This document shows positions 58,876-64,000 of a DNA stretch of 64,000 nt, in pieces. The stretch lies in NCBI GenBank assembly GCA_964270895.1, contig OZ185437.1; one strand, written 5' to 3'. Position numbers and translations under genes: made by a program. Each line of letters begins with the position of its first letter. Position 1 is the stretch's first letter. Origin of the DNA: Podarcis filfolensis (Eukaryota). The notes beneath the pieces are model-generated. The model made no database searches. It saw only the letters and a program-made list of their open reading frames with translations, and was not told the DNA's origin.

Positions 58876-61027
58876 TGAAGGAACACCCCAGAACAGGTTT
58901 GGGGGGCGGGAGGTGCAAGAGGAGAGCAAGGGAAAGTTCCTCTGCACAGTCAAATGTTCTTGTGTTAGCGGAACAACATCATTGGCTAACACCCAACAGA
59001 TCCAAATGGAACAATAAAACCCCAGAAAAGCAAGAACTAAGACGTGCATGGTTTTTCTGGGTGGGTTAAAATTTTTGCCCAAATAAAAACCATGCCAACT
59101 TTGCCTAGCCTTGTGATACAAAATTACACTGTAACCATCATAGATGTTTCAGACTTATGAAAGTTGTTATATGAGGTTCCAATCCAATCCACCATCAATT
59201 TATACCAGCTGGGCTGCTGTAGCGCAACTGACATCCACAAGCATTTACTCTGTAAAGTGTAAGACCTGACATGACTGAATAGCAGCGCTGCTATAGCTAG
59301 AGACTATCTCACCTGCTCAAGGGAGGTGTGATGTCACAGCAAAGCACAACACGTGTCTTTTGCTGCTGCACTACCCTGTTTTTTTGTTTTTGTTTTGCAC
59401 TGTGAGGCTGCCTGGTCTGGTAGCGGGGCAGCCCCCCCCCCAAGATGCCTAGACATTTTGTTTTGCCACCCACAACCTAGGTCTCAGGAGCCACGGGGCT
59501 CCTAGCGTTCCCCAGTTTCTAACACTGAGTCCTTCTATTCATAGAGGGCAAGCCTGGATTCCACCTACTAGATATATTTGGGAGTAGAGGGAAATGAAAA
59601 CTAAAGTTGCATGCACACGAAAGCTCATACCAATAACAAACTTAGTTGGTCCTGGAAGGATTTTTTTTTTATTTTGTTTCAACAATATTCTTTGTTAACA
59701 GTGTTCTGCTTTAACTACCAAAAAAGATTCTTCTAGTTAAATGAAAATTATTGGCTTTTTAGGAAAGTACTTTGAGTTCCATGATCATGCAAAGATTAAG
59801 AAACAGCAACAGAAACATTTGATACATAATAAATACAAGACAATTTGTCTTCCCGCACCCCCCCCCCCAATGTAGCATCTAAAAGAAATATTTTTCAAAA
59901 TCTTAACTAAAAGGTGTGATTTAGAATACTAGGGGTTATTACCACTACGGTACTTGGTGATCCCAGCCAGCTGAAAGACTCAGCTGGTGAGAAGGAACCC
60001 TTCACATTCTAACATGCCAGGAATTGTTTCTGCCAAAGAAATCCCACAAAAAGACACAGATAAAAATATGTGGCTTATGGAGGAAAAACAAATACTGCTA
60101 GACACAGCAACTATACATTTCATTGAAGTCCAATCAGTCTTTGAATAATTTCAAATGAATTTCATGTGGGTTACAATGTGTGTCAAAAACTTCTTTTTGG
60201 CACCGTATACACACTTGCCAACAAAACTAAGAATGCAAACTAAGACATGTATAAACATATCATCATCTCCAAAGCATTCAAAGACCTGACATGGTATAAC
60301 ATTTCAGATGACATAAGAGAGACAAGGTGGAACAGGCAACATATCCTCCTGTCATGGCTTAGTAATACATTATGTTTCACACATGCATTCACATTAGGTG
60401 TTAATGGGGGGAAAGTCGCTACTCTTTGATTAAGGCTACACAACAGGAATACAATTGGAGATGCACCTCAAAAATGTAATTTTAATATGATGTTATACCA
60501 AGGAGTTCATTCTTGCTGCCAATTTAAGTCTGCGCCAGTACAGTATCTGACTCAATGAAATCCCATTTTGTCTGGAAAGATGAACTAAACAGGTGAAATC
60601 AGGGGAACCAGAGCAAGCTCATCCCTTAGCATCTGCAGCAGGAGTGACTCTCACAAGTTATGCAGAGAGAGGTGACAACTGGAATATGCAGGGGTCTTCC
60701 TCACTGCCTGATTCCTGTGGCAATCAAGCCATACAAGGTGTATCTACTAACTGGCCATCTTACAGCTTTGGGGAAGGAAACGATGCCTGAGGCACTCTGA
60801 GCACCAGTAAACATATCACTACTAATTAGCATTCATCAAAGTGAGGAATGTCAACCAAAATGTTGCACATGGAACCTCTCTTTCATTCTAGGTGCTTTGC
60901 ACTTATTTCCCATGGTGGGAAAACTTGGTTCTCCTAGGACTCCAGGTCCCCTTCTCCCCTTTTTGATGCAGAAAAACCCATCCCACATGTATCTGAACCT
61001 GCATGAAAAGTAAACAACTAGAACTCT

Positions 61028-61247
61028 GGGAAGTATTCAACTTTTTGTGCAAGCTCAAGGATTAGCACGAGCACAAAGGGATTCTCCCCTCTTCTTCGCC
61101 TGTGCAGTCTGCAAATCTGCTCTGGAGGGTTGGGGAAACATCCAGAACAGATTTAAGGGGCAAGGCAGGGAACAGTGTTCCGTCCCACAAGCAGAAACTT
61201 TTGTGCTGATAGAACATTCACTTTAGCAATATATTGAATACAACCCC
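61028..61247. mobile_element. Palindromic MITE with GTATTCAA...TTGAATAC(AACCCC) termini
   Basis: Terminal inverted repeats and core AAATCTGCTCTGGAGGGTTGGGGAAACATCCAGAACAGATTT. Confidence 0.7.
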
Positions 61248-61520
61248 CTGTGTTCAGTTGAGCTCAGTCCAGATAGGTTTGCTCTAGTCACCCTCTTACC
61301 CTCTTCTCCCCCAGTTCTCGTACTTCTAGTGTGCTTACACAAACAGAATTGTACTGACTTAAATTTGGGGGCTTTAGTATGGAGTATTCTTAACATGATG
61401 CAGCTGCAAATACAATATTTATTTATAAATTAATATATATAAATAAATGTAAAGATTATATGCCAATATAAACAAATAAACAACAAGGCAGGTTTTTGGC
61501 TTAAAATTCTAGTACAGAAA

Positions 61521-61696
61521 AACACAGAAATGAGTTACGAATTCCTATGCCCCACAAATAACCCAGAGATGCATTTTAAATAAAAGCACACATTCTACTC
61601 ATGTAAAAACATGCTGATTCCTGGACTGCCCATGGGCCGGATTTAGAAGGTGATTGGGCCGGATCCGGCCCCCGGGCCTTAGTTTGCCTACCCATG
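61521..61696 (+). mobile_element. hAT-like non-autonomous transposon right end, relatively young
   Basis: GGGCCGGATTTAGAAGGTGATTGGGCCGGATCCGGCCCCCGGGCCTTAGTTTGCCTACCCATG, the GGGCCG-repeat subterminal structure typical of hAT elements; CpGs retained. Confidence 0.65.
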
Positions 61697-63616
61697 GCTT
61701 AATCACCAAGATGAAGGGGAAAGAGTAAAAGTGAAGCTGAACTTTACTGTGGGAAAAGAGAAAGAACCAGGAACAATAACAACAACAAAAAAGGTTAGTA
61801 GCTGTCCTCTCTCTTGAGTTCAGAGAAATGTGAAGAACAGAGAAGAGTAGGAAAGCTGAGATGCAGGGGTTACCTGTCCTGGTGAGGAAGGGATGAGAAG
61901 GTGTTGCTTATCTCAAATTTACTGAGTTTTCTTTGTGATGGGAGGGGACCCTTCCACAAAAGGGCACAAGGGTAATCACACTTCCTTCATGATTGCTTTA
62001 TGCATGTTGTGGGAAATGCTCCCTCTCTCTGATAAGGCTCAGGCTGTGATGGAGTGGTGAATAATGTAGCCCATGAGCCCAACTCACTCACCTTCTTTCA
62101 TAAAGACACTGGCTGGTGCCTTTGTACAGAGGTTCATTAATACCAGTGAAACAAAATAACAAACATGGTTTGGAGGCAATTGGCAAGGGTGTAAGAGGTA
62201 AGGAATCTAGCTAAAGTCTAAATGGAAGAGGGACAAAAAGGAGCAAGCTTCTGTGATCCATTGAGGCAAGGGGACTAAAAGAATACTAAAAGAGAGATTG
62301 GAAAAGACTTTCCAGGAGTGTTCCAAGACAGCTGAACTTGTGTGGCAGCCTCCTGAGTAAGAGACTGGCATGTCGAGGAGCAAGGATCAGTCTGAGTGGG
62401 GAAGACTGAATCCAGTGGGGATGACTCATGCCCCCAGCTACAGAAAAAACAACGTTAAAAGATGTTTTCAGAGAGGGTCCAGTCAGGTACCTGAGTAACT
62501 TTCATGACAAAGACAAGGGTAGAGAATTCCTGGGACATCCTGAGTGTAATTAATTCAATGTCATGCCACAAGGAAGAAATCCAAGCCACAGGATGTTTCT
62601 GCCCATTCAAACTGTTTTCAGCAAAATAATCTTGCTTTGCCGATAAAAGAGGTCAAGCTTGAAAGTCTTTAGAAAATGCACACAGGCTTCTTTTTTCACT
62701 TCATTAACACAGACTATGAGTAATGTGCCTTTGTCCTTGTATAAGGGTATGGGGTTTGGGTTTCTTCTGAAAGTCAACAAGATTATTTTATTTGGGTTAG
62801 AGTGGGGTATGCTATCAATATGCTAGTGAGTAGCATGTGTTTTGATTATCACCAACATATATGCTAGAGCTTTCCCTGTCCACCCCTGTAAGCCTCCTTC
62901 ACTTCATCTTGGAGAGTTCTAGTTGAACCAAGAATCTCAGCAACAGGCTCCCTGGACTATGCACAACCTCTTGTGGTCTTTGTTCAAAAAAATATAGGAG
63001 CAGAGCCCAAAGAGGTGACTGTTGCTATCTAAACTTGGATTAGTGTACTCCTGGTCCTGGATGGTCCCTGGCCACTATTAGTTATTATGCGAAGCTCTAC
63101 TGTGGCTTCAGGTGGGTAAAGAAGGTTGGGTGGAGATAGCCTTCTTGGATTCTCAATTAACTCAAATGTACATTTATTTTGTTGCCGTTAACTTTATGCA
63201 AAGGGAGGGAGGATTCCAACAAAGCCGGCCACTTCTAAGTTCTTTCCCCCCACAACCGCAACTGTGCTCCTGGGCCTCTCCCTCTCCTTGTCCTCCTGGC
63301 TCCAAGGTCCATGGCAAGAGCAAGGGAAGTGGCCAGCATGAACTACTTGCGGATTGCATAATCCTATCTATATGATGAGTACACTTTAGTGTGATCAAAA
63401 CAAATTATGAAGATACAACAGAAATAATTCCAGACTAAGAACAACTTCACATTACCTTTTCTAACAAAAAGCAAGCATGTAACAATAAATATCTACAAAA
63501 GTTACTGTTTACTTCAATACAACTGCCGCCTCCATGTATTCTAAAAATTGGTCAAGAAGCAAGAGAAAGCCATTCATAACCAAATGTATTCACACACATG
63601 GTTTCTTTCCCTAAAG

Positions 63617-63854
63617 CAGGCATGTCCAAAGTCTGTTTCAGGGCCTAATCCAGCCCGTTGGTCGTTTTAATTTGGCCCCTGTGGCAGTTTATTACCTGGG
63701 GTAAAATCCTAAAAAACCTTAACAACTCCAACCCTAAAAAAGCTTAACTTCAATCCTAAAAAAAGTTCAACTTTGGTTGGCCCTTTGGTCGGCCCCCACG
63801 GCCCTTCAAGTCATCAAATCTGGCCCTCTTTGAAAAAAAGTTTGGACACTACTG
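63617..63854. mobile_element. hAT-like MITE with 14-bp TIRs
   Basis: CAGGCATGTCCAAA ... TTTGGACACTACTG (11/14 match); subterminal GGCCC repeats; no intact 8-bp TSD. Confidence 0.7.
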
Positions 63855-64000
63855 CGTGGGTGTTTATTCCTCTGCAGCATGGGAAGCAGCTTAAAATAGG
63901 ACCGTCAGTATCACTGCATTTTGTACTACTGTTTTCAGCAGTTTTGCCATTTTTTTTCAATGCTTAGCATTTATGAAATAATATATAATTACTGCTATGT

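Noticed and set aside
62086-62101. ATG AAA GAA G|GTGAGT as the ARID4B start exon
   Set aside because: Strong-looking donor but phase 1 and M-K-E. Exon 3 needs a phase-0 ATG AAG|gt, and no such site was found in 55789-64000.
1-64000. CRISPR arrays, operons or prokaryotic defence systems
   Set aside because: Eukaryotic intron-exon DNA; all tandem repeats are microsatellites and dispersed repeats are transposon-derived

Overview
Vertebrate genomic DNA from a squamate reptile. The Sauria SINE and the CR1/L2/DIRS/MITE content support this; an agamid such as Pogona is my guess and is unverified. Almost the whole window is the minus-strand gene ARID4B (SIN3A/HDAC complex subunit). I traced 22 coding exons with consistent splice phases from 55788 down to the TGA stop at 3225-3227. 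They total 3876 nt, or 1291 codons plus stop, and encode the Tudor, PWWP/RBB1NT, ARID, chromobarrel and C-terminal basic/coiled-coil regions. The upstream exon that encodes only Met-Lys in human ARID4B was not found and probably lies right of the window. The 3' UTR appears to end near an AATAAA at 1608-1613. Introns hold SINEs, CR1 and L2 fragments, a decayed DIRS retrotransposon, several MITE families, microsatellites and a 131-N gap. I see no evidence for a wholly new multi-gene system. The best leads are: a CpG-rich L1-5'UTR-like segment fused to a young L2 and pointing antisense to ARID4B; a GC-AG intron; candidate unannotated cassette/poison exons; a (TTA)n microsatellite serving as a splice-acceptor tract; overlapping miRNA seed clusters just after the stop; and tRNA-headed SINEs sharing a CR1 tail. 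Exon numbers follow the 24-exon human structure (inference). Repeat family names come from recalled consensus motifs, not database searches.
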